The position numbers and the translations under genes are program-made. From the NCBI GenBank assembly GCA_043228905.1, contig JBHGNT010000016.1, positions 7,378,001-7,442,000 on the forward strand: a stretch of 64,000 bases of DNA. The letters are read 5' to 3'. Each line of letters opens with the position of its first letter. The stretch's first letter is position 1. Origin of the DNA: Azolla caroliniana (lineage: Eukaryota > Plantae > Polypodiophyta). Of this stretch, positions 1 to 13,479 are shown in pieces. The notes under the pieces are model-generated. The model did no database searches, had not been told where the DNA came from, and worked only from the letters and a program-made list of their open reading frames with translations.

Positions 1-237
1 AAACACACACATAATTACTTCTAATCAAGCATATACATAGATGTAGTAAAATTTAAACACACATACACAATAATACAAAGTGCACACACATAATCACAAA
101 ATAGAAAACGTATATAAAAACCAACATACATAAGCAATTACAAAGCCATACTTACAATAAAGCTTTTGCTTACACTCATACATTCACATCCAAGTACACA
201 TTTACATACCCTTTCACATACAAACACTTGGGCCTAG

Positions 238-239
<2 letters not shown>

Positions 240-272
<33 letters not shown>
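240..272. repeat. (CA)n microsatellite
   Basis: About 16 perfect CA units. Confidence 0.95.
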
Positions 273-275
<3 letters not shown>

Positions 276-489
276 TGATACAATCAGATTTATCTACTAC
301 GCTCACAAATCATTACATGCATGCAAGCATATACTTGAGGAATAAAAGAACCTCCAAGGATCAGAAGTGGTAACTCAAACCCGCTCCATCCTCTTTGGTT
401 CAAGTCCTGAGTAGTCTTGCTCACATTTCACACATACGTGTCGTTTCACGACAATGGGTAGGGTTGATGCCAATTGTGCGAAGGAGATC

Positions 490-1400
490 AATTAGAATTA
501 GAATTAGAATTTTTTATTGTCCATAAAGAGGCCAATTTTGACCTATGGGACCATAATATACATGTGTTCTTGATATGTGTCTCATTGCTCAGAAGGGGTA
601 TTCATACATTGAAGCACAAAGTCTCTACGTGTGAATAAAGCATACACATATGAGCTCAACATTCTAGGTGGTTTCTTAAGTATGACACTTAAGTTATCAC
701 ACCGTCTTAGTATGTCAACATATCTTGAACGATTTGCACTATATGTCGAGCATGTGAAGAGCAAGGGACAATTATCCTCTACCATGCCTTCATCGCATAC
801 TTTACATGTCTTCAAATTCGTTACATTTTGATACCATGATGCAACTTCAATACCTAACTTTTGAGATTGAGTGCAAAGTAGTGTAAGGGCTCTATGAGCA
901 TTACTACTCATATTGGTAATGAGACAAGGTTGGATACGATCAACAAGCATTCTTGCTTTATATTGAGACCAACATTAAGGGTTGACATTTGCAATGTAGT
1001 ATTCTAGCTTTGTCCTCTTAGCATCTTCCCACTTCATCCTTAATGATTCCACCAACCGTTCCTCAATCATTATATAATGCATAGCATTGGCCGAAAGCTC
1101 TCAAAGATCATCCACACTCCATCTTCTAAACCATTTCCTTATGTCAACAACCCAACCGATGAGAGAATCTTACTCTTATGATTCTTTTGTAGCTTACATC
1201 TAACATTCCAACCAAGATGTGGTAATCGATGATTGGCATATTCTTGACTTTTCTAATGTATTTATATACTCTTTGGAGTGCCAATATTTCTATGGGTCGA
1301 ATGCATGTTTCCAAGAGCATAACATGGTAAGAGGTAGTGCATTTAGGTCCTAATTGCCTCCTCAAAAACATCTTTTGAATTTTCTCAATCTCATTCCAAG
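490..1400 (-). mobile_element. 5'-truncated non-LTR retrotransposon (RTEX/CR1-like LINE 3' end), degenerate
   Basis: Minus-strand ORFs 1144..1371 (WNEIEKIQKMFLRRQLG..LLET) and 582..950 (SQKLGIEVASW..CKVC..VED..LLFTCSTY..R, a LINE ORF2 C-terminal Zn-knuckle-like region). The 3' end reads AATAAAAAA followed by (TTCTAA)x3. Confidence 0.75.
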
Positions 1401-2045
1401 TGGTAGCTAATTAGCTACTACCATAGTTTAGTATAGTAGCTTATTAGGTAAGTAGTAGCTAATTAGCTACTATCATACTTTAGTTGAGTAGCTAATTAGC
1501 TAAGTGGTAGCTAATTAGCTACTACCATAGTTTAATACATTAGCTAAATGGTAGCTAAATAGTTTAGTACAATAGCTAATTAGGTAAGTGGTAGCTAATT
1601 AGCTAAGTGGTAGCTAATTAGCTACTACTATAGTTTAGTGCAATAGCTAATTAGCTAAGTGGTAGCTAATTAGCTACTACCATAGTTTAGTACAGTAGCT
1701 AATTAGCTACAACTTAGCTAATTAGCTACTATCATAGTTTAATACAATAGCTAATTAGCTAAGTGGTAGCTAATTAGCTACTACCAATACTTTAGCTGAG
1801 TAGCTAATTAGCTACCACTTAGCTAATTAGCTACTACCATACTTTAGTTATAGTGGCTAATTAGCTACCAGCATACTTTAGCCAAATTTGGTAGGTAATT
1901 AGTTATTGTTATAGGCAGCTAATTAGGTATTGTGGTAGCTAAATAGCTATGAATGGTAGCTAATTAGTTATTCTGTTAGCTAAATAGCTATGTTCGATAT
2001 ACTTAGGGAGCTAATTAGCTATTTTGGTAGCTAATTAGCTATTAC
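1401..2045. repeat. TAGCTAATTAGCTA palindromic satellite
   Basis: Many degenerate copies of the 14-bp palindrome with short spacers; same motif as 38185-43334 and 52560-53400. Confidence 0.95.
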
Positions 2046-2054
2046 GGGTAGGTA

Positions 2055-2291
2055 GTTCTTTCTATGATAGTAGTCTCATTACTTCCATTCTCAGTGATAT
2101 TTAGACCTATATCCCAACCAACACTATCTTTACCTTTTGGTGAGTGTGGCTTTCGTATCCTTCAACAATTGACGATGTTTTCTTTTTCTTTTTGCCCAAT
2201 ACTTTCGTATCGCTTGTTGTGTCCTGATAGCATCATCCCTATCCTGATGATCATTGAGGGGTAATTCTAAACACCCTCCTTCCCCTTTCAT
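2055..2291 (-). pseudogene. N-terminal fragment of family A transposase
   Basis: Minus strand reads MKGEGGCLELPLNDHQDRDDAIRTQQAIRKYWAKRKRKHRQLLKD, matching 37436-37600; truncated by the satellite. Confidence 0.75.
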
Positions 2292-2439
2292 TTGGCTTGA
2301 CGGGTTTAAACCCTAATTTTCCCGAAAAAAAGATACGTATTAAAGATGGCTATGGGCAACAACTATACACAAAAATATTCCACAAGACACAAGATTATAC
2401 ACAACAATACACAAGATAATCAATAGATTGAATAGTTAT

Positions 2440-3445
2440 TAAAATCCAAGACTGAACAATGGCGGTAATCTAGGCTTGAATAGTGGCGGCAACTGAGTGT
2501 AGAATGCCGGTAGTGGAGGAGTGAACTCTGTTTGATCAAACAGTTTTAACAATCCAAGAATGAACAATGGCGGCAACTGAGTGTAGAATGATGGCAATGG
2601 AGGAGTGAATTCCGTCGGATCGAACAGTGGCAGATGGTGCTTGGAACGCATAGTGACGACAACTAAGAGTAGAATGGCAGGAGTGGAGAAGGAGTGAACT
2701 CCTTTGGATTGAAAAGTGGCAGCAATACACCACAGAACAGTAGCGGCAACTAAGCGTAGAATGATGGCAATGGATGAGTGAACTTTGTCAAATCGAAAAG
2801 TGGCAGCAATCCAAGACCGAACAATAGCGACAACAAGTGTAGAATGATGGCAATGGAGGAGTGAACTCCGTCAGATCGAACAGTGGCAGATGATGCTTGG
2901 AACGCATAGTGACGACAATTGAGAGTACAATGGCGGCAGTGGAGAAGGAGTGAACTCCCGCAGATCGACAAGTGGCAACAATACATGACCAAACAGTAGC
3001 GGCAACTAAGTGTAGAATGATGGCAATGGATGAGTGAACTCCGTCAAATCGAAAAGTGGCAGCAATCCATGACCGATCACCAAATAGTAGCAGCAATTGA
3101 GTGTAGAATGATGGCAATGGAGGAGTGAACTCCATTAGATCGAATAGTGGTAGATGATGCTTGGAATGCACAGTGATGGCAACTGAGAGTAGAATGGTGG
3201 CAATGGAGAAGGAGTTAACTCCGTCGGATCGAAAAGTGGTAGCAATATACGACCTTCACAATAGTGGCAACTGAGTGTATAGTGGCGGCAATGGAGGAGT
3301 GAACTTGGCAGATGATGCTTGGACTAAACAGTGGCGACAATGGCGGCAATGGAGGAGTGAACTCCGTCAGATCGAACAGTGGCAAATGATACTTGGACCA
3401 CACAGTGCCGGTAACTGAGTGTAGAATGGCGGCAATGGAGGAGTG
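2440..3445. repeat. Subterminal tandem repeat (about 60-bp monomers, about 260-bp higher-order unit)
   Basis: Recurrent GTGTAGAATGATGGCAATGGAGGAGTGAACTCCGTC motif; homologous to 36100-37325 in inverted orientation. Confidence 0.9.
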
Positions 3446-3959
3446 GACTCAATAGGGTTTAGCAACAGTGGTAGTAATCTAAGCCAGAATACTCAACCAA
3501 AGATGGTCCACGTGATGTGGCAAACGATCATGCATAATGGACCTAGGAATTCGGTATATAATTTATGGTGCACATTTATGTTGCACATATCAATTTATGT
3601 TGCACATTTATGGTGCTCATTTATATAATTAAAACTCTCTACTATCTTCAATGGTAGTTTTTTGCATAACTAATATATCAATGGTAGCTTTTTGCAAAAA
3701 TGACTATTTATCAATGGTAGCTTTTTGCATAGCTAATTAGCTATGTCAAGGACATAGCTAATTGTTTCCACTCGCATGCTTTCACCCATCCATTATCATT
3801 TAACACATTCATTCTTCTCTTATCATTTCATTCCTCTCTTCTTGTGATCTCTTTATATCTTTCTTCTGTCACTCTATCTTCTGTCTTGGTTTTGACATTC
3901 ACACTTGTTCATGGAAAATTATTTTTATTTTGGATCGATATCACATCAAGAATAATGGA

Positions 3960-4832
3960 TATACACATGGATTCCTCACAAATTGTGGGGGACATCGATA
4001 TGGGAATCATTGATCCAATAAAGAGTAATGTGATGGTTGAATGTAATCGTGAAAGGGAAGAATTTGGAAGCTCGAAAAGGTTTAAGGGTTTCGAGGATGT
4101 AAATGAGAAGAAATTAACATATGTTGAGGCAGTACATGTGGATGAAGTTGAGAAGGATCATCATAATTGGGATAGTTTATAGGGAATTGCCAATACCTTC
4201 TTGTTTGATAATGTGGAAGAAAATGAAAATGCAGCAAAAGAATGCATCAATGAGGATGTGCATGATGTAGAAGTTGATGTTAAGGCAGTGTTGCAATCTT
4301 TTGATGTATTCTATGATCATGCGGTTATTATTATTATTATTTATCGGGAAACTCCCATATATAAATTGGATTAAATAGTGGTTGAACAAAATCGTGTCAC
4401 CAAATTGTGTTGAAGATATATTTGCAGGACCACGAGGGTTTTATAATGTAGTATTTTGTTCCCCTGAACATCAAAGTGCATTGTTGGCTAAATTTCCATT
4501 GCTTTTTTATAAACGATTAGTGCATGTAATGCAATGGTTCCCCATAGTGGACTATCATGCTTTTTTGAAACAAGAATGCCCCGTTTGAGTGACAGTAGAT
4601 TGTAAGCACAGGTTTTTATGGCCACTTTATGGCAGAATGCCAACGTCATTGTCCTTCAACTATAGAGGTTCCTAATGAAGGGAATGGTTTAAGGAAGGAG
4701 TTGGGAGAGATGTTGGGTGGAAGATATTGTGGTTGTTATGGATGAAGGGACATCATCTCGAGATGGTTATAAAGCGATCCCACTTCAAGTTTTGGGCCCT
4801 TAGAATAAGAGAACTCAATCTATAGATATGGG
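3960..4832 (+). pseudogene. L1-clade LINE ORF1 remnant (DUF4283-like)
   Basis: WLNKIVSPNCVEDIFAGPRGFYNVVFCSPE..FPLLFYKRLVHVMQWFP..CPV resembles plant L1 ORF1; frameshifted and interrupted by a copia, apparently resuming at about 8861. Confidence 0.6.
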
Positions 4833-4837
4833 AAAAC

Positions 4838-7800
4838 TATTGGGTGTGTGTGGAAGAGTGAGAGACACACAAGAAGCACTCATACAGAGAAGCCAATGGT
4901 TGGAATAGCTCTCTCTATTGATGAAAAAAATAATACTAAAACTAGTAATAAGTACCACCACATATATGAGTGAATCATGTATGTGGTAACATGGGGAAAA
5001 AACCTTTGGCCAGCAGTAGAGTAAAAGTGCCCATGTATAGGGAAAAGGTTCACATCAAAGGTACTCGAGGAACACATAAGCGTAAAAAACCCCCCTAGAG
5101 TGAATGATGTGAACACATACAAGGAGTGATAGATCAGCCCCCACAAGGAAATAAGCCTAAAGCTTTGCGAAAAGCTTCAAACTTTTCTCGTGGAAGAGCT
5201 TTGGTGAATATGTCTACCACATTATCTTGTGTAGGCACATATACCAAATCAATCTCTTGCATGAAGGCTCTCTCTCACATAGTGATAATGCACCTCAATA
5301 TGTTTGGTCCATGCATGAAAGACAAGATTTCATGCAATAGCCAATACACTCTGACTATCTATGAGAATGTGTAGCAAAATCAATCTCCATGCAAAGATCC
5401 ATCAAAAGGTGTCTCAGCCATATACACTCCACTATAGCTAGGAAAACTGCCTTGTACTCAACTTCACAACTTGATATTGCCACTGTAGGTTGCTTTTTAC
5501 TTAACCTAGATATACAAGAGTTTCCAAGGAAAAAGCAATTACCACTAGTGCACACGCAAGTATCGCAACAACCTGCCCAATCACTATCTGTAAAAGCATG
5601 CAAGCATGGGTGAGTGTCTTTGCCATAAAAGAAACTCAAGCTGAAAGAGCCTCTGAGATATCTAAACACCCATTTCATTGCTTGCCAATGCTTAGTGTCA
5701 GGGCTATGCATGAATCGATTCAATTGGGAAACTGCATATTGTATAGCAGTCATCCAGTGTGGATCATCACATGCATCTTCAAAAGTGGCTCCTCATTACA
5801 TGTTGTTGCAACAATAGAATAATCCACAAAATTACTAGATGCATGGCAAGAGCTTGATGTTGTTCTACCAAGTAAAGTTGCACTCAATTTGCTATCTTGC
5901 AAAGTTTGTTTCAACCACTTTGGCATAGTTTGTGCACTCTTGATAGACATGCGCTCATTATGTAATACGTCTTCAATATGTACATCATGTGTGGGCTGAA
6001 TTTCATGCTCTATTTCAACCATATTTTGTTGCAAATGTTCAACCATGTTTCGTTGGACATGGCCATAGTCAAGCACACCACTTTGGAACAAAGGCATAAG
6101 CACTATAACCAACAAATATGCATTTCTTTGCCTTGTCATCAAGTTTGTGACATTGTTATGATGGCACAGGAGCATATGCCAAACAACCAAACACACGCAT
6201 ATGACTAACCATAGGTTTATGCTCATTCCAAGACTCATACAGAGTAATGACTCTCAATGCTTTTGTAGGGCAACAGTTCAACGCATAATTTGCACACATA
6301 ACCGCTTCCATCCAAAACTTGTTAGGAAGATGCTTTCCTTTAACCATACACCGTGCCATCTCTAAGAGTGTTCAGTTTTTGCGCTCCGCAACGCCATTTT
6401 GTTGAGGTGTATATGGCACCATACATTGATGTGAAATACCTCTTTCACAAAGGAAAGCATTAAACACATGTGACATGTATTCGCCGCCACAATCCATGCG
6501 TAGAGTATTTCTGGAAAAATTTTCAACCATAGCTAAAAATGATTTGAAGCAAGAAAATACCTCATTCTTTGCTTTCATAGGATACACCCATGTATGGTGA
6601 GTAGCATCCTCAATGAAGGTAACAAAATATACATGCTTTCCAAAAGATGGAGTCTTCACGGGACCGCACACATCACTATGAACAAGTTGTAAATTTCTTG
6701 TAGTGTGTGTATGACTATCTTTTGGAAAAGAAGCATGATGAATTTTTCCAAGAATGAAACCTTCACATGCATGTTTTTCAATGGACTCAAGTGTAAGAAA
6801 CCCAATAACCATATCCTACTTTTGCAAGTGGAGCCAACTATTGAAGTTCGAGTGACCAAAACGAGCATGCCAAAGCTCCATTTCAGCCATGGAAGAAGTA
6901 TGGATAGCCAAGGCATTTAGAGCAGCCCTCTTGTATGTATCCAAGCGATATAAGCCATTGCATAATGTAGCGGACATCACGATAACATCACCATTGTTGA
7001 AATCATGAACCATGCACTTATCATCAACAAAATGAACATGAAGTCTAGATTTGACAATCAAAGGAACCGAAATTAAGTTCTTCTTGATACCGAGCACACA
7101 AAATACATTCTTTAAGATGACAACACCTCCATTTGCAGTTGTAAGCTCAATTTCTCCTACTCCAATGATAGGATAAGAGGCATTGTTTGCACACAGCACA
7201 TGTCCTCCTCTGGGCGCATCTTTCAAGGATGCAAAAAAACTTTTGCACGAAGTAATGTGCTTCGAAGCACCACTATCAAAGAACCAATCTGAATCAATGT
7301 CATTTACAACCATACACTTCGAGTGCAATGATGCATCATAATGATATGTAACAACACATGCCCAATAATCTTGGGCCATGTTGGCTTCATCACTCTTTGC
7401 ACATGAAACATTTTCAACAATGGTCATGCCAGATTCTTTCTGCTTCTCACTGTGCTTAACAAGCTTTCTACACTCATCAATAGTATGACTAGACTTCCGG
7501 CAATATTTGCATCTCTTCTTCTTTTGTGAATCACCATCATTAGAGGAATAAGTGGAAGAGGAAGGTTGAGGCTTTGGTTTTGATGAACCAAAAGTTGAAC
7601 CATACTTGTTTTTGCCCTTTTGTGAGATAGCAAGTGCTTGTGTTTCCTTTATCAAACCACTTCTACTCACTCTAGATTGTTCTTCTTGCAAAAGAAGAGA
7701 CACAACGTCATCAAATGCATACATATCGGTATTCCCTTTTGCAACCAAACGGATTGTAGTAGCAAAGCTTTGAAAAAATTCGGGTAATCCTTTCAACAAC

Positions 7801-8855
7801 GATGAGTGATGTATTCGAAATGATCTTATCTATGTTCGCCAATTGCTCTTTCAAACCTTTGATGCGAGTCACATACACATCTACTTACTCATTTTCAGCC
7901 ATATCTACATCCTCAAGTTGCTTTCTCAAATATGCAACAAGTGCTTCATTACGCACGACATACAAAGAAGCAAGAGCGTCCCATGCCTATCTGGAACTAT
8001 ACAACGCTTCATAGAAAGTGCAATCAATGCATGAGCTTGAGCATCTTTTCCATCCCAAATAAGTTGCTCTTGTGTAGGTGGAGTAGATGAAGTCATTGTG
8101 CTCGAAGAAGAACATGTATCTGTGCGAGTAGACTGTGAAGTAGACGGACCGACGAGACGCCAATCTACATCTACCACTATGTTCCATAGTTGTTTGGCAA
8201 CAAGAACGTGTTTCATCACGTAGGACCACATTGGATAGTTAGTTCCATCAAGTTTATCCTCAGCTTGAAGCATGCCAAACAATTCACTGATGTTTGTCAT
8301 TTCACCAAAGAACAAGAAAGTGGCAAAATCTTACGTCAACGAAATCTGAAATGAGTGCTGAAATTTCAGCTCACCAATTCTCAGTCGGATGTTGATTTTG
8401 ACTACATGAACGAATTCGAAATGGGGGTACAACAGCATGGAACCTGCTGAAAATGCTATCCGAGTGCTGAAATTCACTTCCCTATATTCGGAAGTTGATT
8501 TGCATAGCTAAAAGTGTGCCCGCGCCGCAACGCGGAAACTGAAGATGGAGACGATGAAGAACTTGCTCTGATAACACTGTCGGGTGTGTGTGGAAGAGTG
8601 AGAGACACACAAGAAGCACTCACACAGAGAAGACAATGGCTGGAATAACTCTCTCTATTGATGAAAAAAAATACTATTAAAACTAGTAAGAGCTGAAATA
8701 TATATCCCTAAGTACTAAGTACCACCACATATATGAGTGAATCATGTATGTGGTAACATGGGGAAAAAACCTCTAGCCAGAAGTAGAGTAAAAAGGGCCC
8801 ATGTATAGGGAAAATGTTCACATCCAAGCTACTCGAGGAACACATAAGTGCAACA
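4838..8855 (-). mobile_element. Ty1/copia LTR retrotransposon, internally deleted (RT core missing)
   Basis: LTRs 4838-5087 and 8578-8855; TSD AAAAC (4833-37 and 8856-60); iMet-like PBS (TGTTATCAGAGC) next to the 5' LTR; PPT at about 5088-5096. Gag, protease (DSGAS), integrase (HSDVCGP..QNGVAERKN) and RNase H (DSDWAG) fragments. Confidence 0.93.
5126..8315 (-). pseudogene. Copia gag-pol polyprotein, fragmented
   Basis: ORFs 7926..8315, 6816..7799, 6372..6812, 6156..6359 and 5355..5753 in gag-PR-INT-(RT)-RH order; the reading jumps from the RT start to the RT end at about 5755. Confidence 0.9.
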
Positions 8856-8949
8856 AAAACAAAGATTAGTGGTTATAGATAAGGGGAAAAAACTGTTGGA
8901 TAGAACTAGTAGTGATGTTGTTGATAAAGATTGGCATCAAGTTAATGAC

Positions 8950-11900
8950 AAGTTGAAATAATAACACTCTGTACATAAAATGTGCTCAGTGAGCACTTTT
9001 ATACAAGTCCATGAAAGGACTAACATAAGTACTAAGAAGTACTTCAATGCTCATACAAGTAGCTGACACTGACTCCCAAAGATACACCTACGTACTAGGC
9101 TAGATTCGTCGGCCTCTAATGGCCTACCGGTTACAATCCGATCCGGCTTCTGGTTTTGGATACCATCTAGACACCAATCCGGCTCTGGCTTATTCAGCCG
9201 ATCCGGATCCGGTTGAGGTTGTCCACTCAACACTACCCCTCAAGCTCAACTTGAGCTCGGATCATGGTGTTAGTGTTAGTGTTAGTTGGTCTTCTCCTCC
9301 GGCTCCCCCTACTGTCCTCCCGCTTGCCTCACGCTCCTTGACTCATCCATTTCTGCACCCCTGTATTCGGTCTCCGTGCTCGAAAGTGCGATGGTAGGCT
9401 GCTTCTTACTACTCCAACATATTGCTCTGCCTCCGAGCAAGAAGACAAATCCAGAGGTCGATCATCTATCGGCTCTGTAGCCGGACAAGTCAGCATCTTT
9501 GTACCCTTTGAGTCGAATTGGTGTGGACGATTCGTAGAGAATACCACAATCCATCGTTCCACTCATGTATCATAACACTCTCTTAGCACAATCGAAATGA
9601 ATATTTTGCGAAGTTTGCATGAATTGGCTAAGGAGGCCGACCGGATAGCTCAGGTCGGGTTGAGTGATTGTGAGGTAGATGAGACTCCCGATTAGTTGTC
9701 GATACAGAGTCGGCTCGCACTCGTCTAGCCAGAGCAACATCCAGTTTGAGGCTTCGATCAAGAGAGGTTGCCACAGATTTGCACTCAGTCATCCCGAACT
9801 TGTATAACAAGTTGAGGATGTAGTGTCATTGAGAGATCATAATACCGGCCGGAGTCCAAATTACCTCGATGCCAAGGAAGTAATGGAGCTCCTTCATGTC
9901 CATCATCTCGAATTTGTTGGAGAGCAGGGACTTCACCTTCTTGATGTGACTAAATGCTCCCCTCCAATAACCAGATCATCCACGTATAGGATGATGACAA
10001 TCAAGCTTCTAGAGTCGTTTCATATGTAGAGCGAGTTTTCGGATTTCAACATTCGAAAGCTGATTCGATGAAGAAATTGTGTTATCTTCGAGTGCCAAGC
10101 ACGCGGTGCTTGTTTGAGGCCGTAGAGAGGCTTCTTGAGTTGGCAGACAACTTTCGAATGGATGGTTGATTTGAAGCCGGGTGGTTGTACCATGTACACC
10201 TAATCTTCTAATTCGCATTGAAGAAAGGCGTTTTTGACGTCCATCTGGTGGAGATGCCACCCTTTTGCTATTGCGAGTGTGATCACAGTCCACACATTTG
10301 TCATCTTTGCCACCGGGGCAAATGTCTCTTCGTAGTCGACTCAATGTGTCTCTACGTATCCTTTCGCAACAAGTCAAGCTTTGTTGCGGTTTACGGAGTT
10401 GTCGACATTATACTTTACCTTATAAATCTATATGTAGCCGATTACCTTCTTCTGCGGTGAGTGGGGAACAAGATCCCATGTCTCGTTCTTGCATAGTGCT
10501 TGCATCTCCTCGTTCACTACTTCGACCGATCATGGACCCTTTCCTGCATCCAAAAAACTTTCCGGTTCTCGAACTGTCGCCACCTTCATCATAAAGGGAT
10601 AGTGGTATGCCATATAATCATTGTAGCCAAATCGGCTAATAGGATTTTTCTCATGGGTGGAGGGACGAAGTTTTTTGTTTGCCATGGCAATGGCTTTCTT
10701 TACGCTAGATGTCCTCATGATAGGTACATCGAAGCCACCGAACTCAGTGTCAAGGGAGTGAGTCGATTCATTGCCGTTGAATTGACCGTCTTCATATTCC
10801 GACATTTTCGCCTTGCCTTTGTCAATCTTCGGACTAGGACGAGATGTGCTTTGGTCGCTCGAGGCCTCTTGTGGCCCACTAAGTCTTGTCGTAATTGGAC
10901 TTTCTTCGAACATGTGTTCGAGTCGATGTCCATTTTCTATCTCTTGTTCGGTGCATTCCGGGTCGACTGGAAATGGTTCGGGAGGATTCGGCTTGGGTTC
11001 GTACCATGATGTCGATTCGTAAAGACTACATCTCGGCTTACACGAACCTTCCGCGAATCAGATGAGTAGTGTCGTCTCCGGTTTCGACATAGATTTTTCT
11101 CTATGTCTCATCACGAACATTCTGTCATGATCGTCATAGTCGGAGTTGGTGACATAATTGGTGAGTTGTTAGCTAGTGGAAGCCAACCTGCACATCTTCT
11201 TCTGGCACTCTTCTTCATGGTGGCCGATTTTGCCGCAATATCTGCATTTGATCGAGTTTTGATGGCTTGGGCCGGAATGGAAGCCCCCCCTTCTTCTGAA
11301 GATTCCTCGACATGGATTCCATCTTGTTGCCGGAATTGGGAGTTGTTTGTGTGAGTTGGACCTCGTCTGCCTCATCCTTGGCCAAATCGCCCTCTTGCTC
11401 GTGCACGTCCTCTTCCTCCATTCGAATGCCGGTAGAGCATGTGGCCTTTCGAGGCGTTGCTCCTTGTTCGAACATGGTTTTCTTCAACCTACAACATGGA
11501 TTAAAGATTGAAGAAGGAGGGAGGATTCTCCCATGCTAGTACGACGGTCCTGATCACGCCAAACTGTGGGGCAAGGCCATCGAGGCATATTTGCACCAGC
11601 GCTAGTCACCAAGTTCCTTGATCTTCAAGGTATAGCTTGTGATGGACATATTCCTTTCTTGGATGTTGTTCAGCTCTTGGCGGAGTTGAAGCTTTCTTGC
11701 GGTTGTGTTGGCGGCGAAAATCTTTCGTAAATTCTCCCACGCTTCCTTCAACGTCACAGCTTCTCGAATGTAGTCGAGTATGTGGTCATGAACACATGTC
11801 GCCAAGCAATACATCACTCGGCTTGCTGCTTGCTCCGATGTTGAGTAGTCGGCATCTTTTGGGTTGGGTCGATTTTCTTGTGCTCCTTTGATGTAGCTCC

Positions 11901-12161
11901 AATACCCTTGGCCGAAAAGGTATTGGTGCATCTTGTACTCCCAAGATGCAAAATTGTTTCTATCCAACTTCTCGCTAGGGAGAGCACTCCCCATGTGAGT
12001 ATTCATTGTTGATGAAGCTTTCTTTCTTCTTTTCCTTCTCTCTCAAAAACGAGCTATGTTGTCGCACTATGATAGCGATGAACCGGTTCTTCTCGAACGT
12101 CAGGGTAGAACACAACACACACGGATGGGCTAGATCGAGCTACCAAACCGCTCTGATACCA
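8950..12161 (-). mobile_element. Ty1/copia element, deleted or chimeric; its 5' LTR is displaced by DNA transposon B
   Basis: 3' LTR about 8950-9232 after a PPT; RT fragments 9570-10500; gag 11602..12006 with zinc knuckle CRYCGKIGH; PBS TGGTATCAGAGC at 12150-12161. The LTR end TACA is the TGTA TSD of element B. Confidence 0.85.
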
Positions 12162-12165
12162 TGTA

Positions 12166-12192
12166 GGGTCGAAGCATGCTACGGTGTACCAA
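12166..12192 (+). repeat. Left TIR of element B
   Basis: GGGTCGAAGCATGCTACGGTGTACCAA. Confidence 0.88.
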
Positions 12193-12594
12193 AAAAGTAT
12201 TGTTTTTGGCCAAGAAAAACACGAGTACTTTTAGTACTAAGTAATTATAAAAAATTTTTTTAAAAAAAAAAAAAAAATTATAATCTTTTTAGGGAGTGGG
12301 GTGGGGGTAGTACACGTTGCATTTAATGGGGGGAGACAGTTGTTGCGTATTCAGGACTGGTTTGGGGGCTATTTCCCCCTCACTTTCAATTTAGCACACC
12401 ACATTAATTGAATTTGGCGCTTCTCACCATTTTGGCGCATCCCCTTCCTCCTTCCAACTGAGCCCATCTTAGATTCACTATTTGTCGTTGTCTGCATCTC
12501 AGGTATTCACAACACGCGAATGTCCCCAAGATTTGGGATCTTGTCATTCCTTATCTACAAATCAAACCTACGTGAAAATGATCAAACCTACGTA

Positions 12595-12685
12595 TGTCTT
12601 CTCCTGCCCTTAGTATGTCTTCTCCTTCCCTCGGTATGTCATCTCCTTCCCTCGGTATATCTTCTCCTTCCCTCGGTATGTCTTC
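12595..12685. repeat. 21-bp minisatellite (about 4 copies)
   Basis: CTCCTTCCCTCGGTATGTCTT-like units. Confidence 0.8.
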
Positions 12686-13479
12686 CGAACTATTTTTTAA
12701 GCTTGAATATTTATTGTTTATCCTTTCAAATGGAAACGTTAAGATTTATTTATGCTGAAAAGATTATGTCTTCATCATCATCATGATTATTATTGCCATT
12801 ATCATCTCCATCTACTTGTTCATTGTTACCATATTACGTTGAGCATATTGTTATTTGTACTATTTCCTGATCTTAATAGAATGATAATCTTCTACCAATG
12901 ATGTTAGGCACATGTGGATAACACCTAAAACTTGACTTTTATATTAGCCTATTGGTATGGTTGTCTTTCTTAGTACTGTATTGTTTTGTTAAAGGAATAT
13001 AAGTGTGTGGTATTATCGTACATGTTTATTCGAAAATTGGTTCAATCAATCAATGCATTGGTACAATGGCCAATGTACAATACTTGTACATATTTGCTAC
13101 TGGAGAAAAGACGGTGAGTTACATAAGAAATCAATATTCTACATTTCGGATGATAAAAACCATGATACGCTATTTGTTCAACATTGATTTAAGCTTCACC
13201 ATGCAGATTTATTGTCCTTGGGTGTTAACTTTAATCGGCATTGGGTTTGGTCTAATGGTGCTGCCTCGCAATTTAAGGTGGCCCGGTCCTACTTCATTGC
13301 AAGGTGAGGAAATAATCCATATGTTTGGTACTTATAAATGGAAGTCTATTTTGGTAATACTCCATAGTATTTATAAATATTTGTATAAAATATTGAATTA
13401 GTAATTCTCTAGCTACATACACCAGTGCTGTCTTGGAATATGATTCTAAACTGATTGGCCATTTAGTTCTCTCCTCCTA

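Larger units (their letters stand above)
1401..3787 (-). mobile_element. Inverted, internally deleted copy of the left end of Sola2-like family A
   Basis: 3763-3787 is the reverse complement of TIR GGGTGAAAGCATGCGAGTGGAAACA. 2055-3787 is the reverse complement of about 35665-37660 (subterminal region, tandem repeats, start of transposase). It then runs into TAGCTAATTAGCTA satellite. Confidence 0.88.

Noticed and set aside
340-480. Possible SINE (B-box-like GGTTCAAGTCC)
   Set aside because: No convincing A-box spacing, tail or TSD.
2439-3403. Repetitive ORFs (LPLFDPTEFTPPLP...) here and at 35991-37043
   Set aside because: They are translations of tandem repeats in several frames with no consistent reading frame.
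12291-12310. G-rich tract, possible G-quadruplex
   Set aside because: Only three closely spaced G-runs and no supporting evidence.
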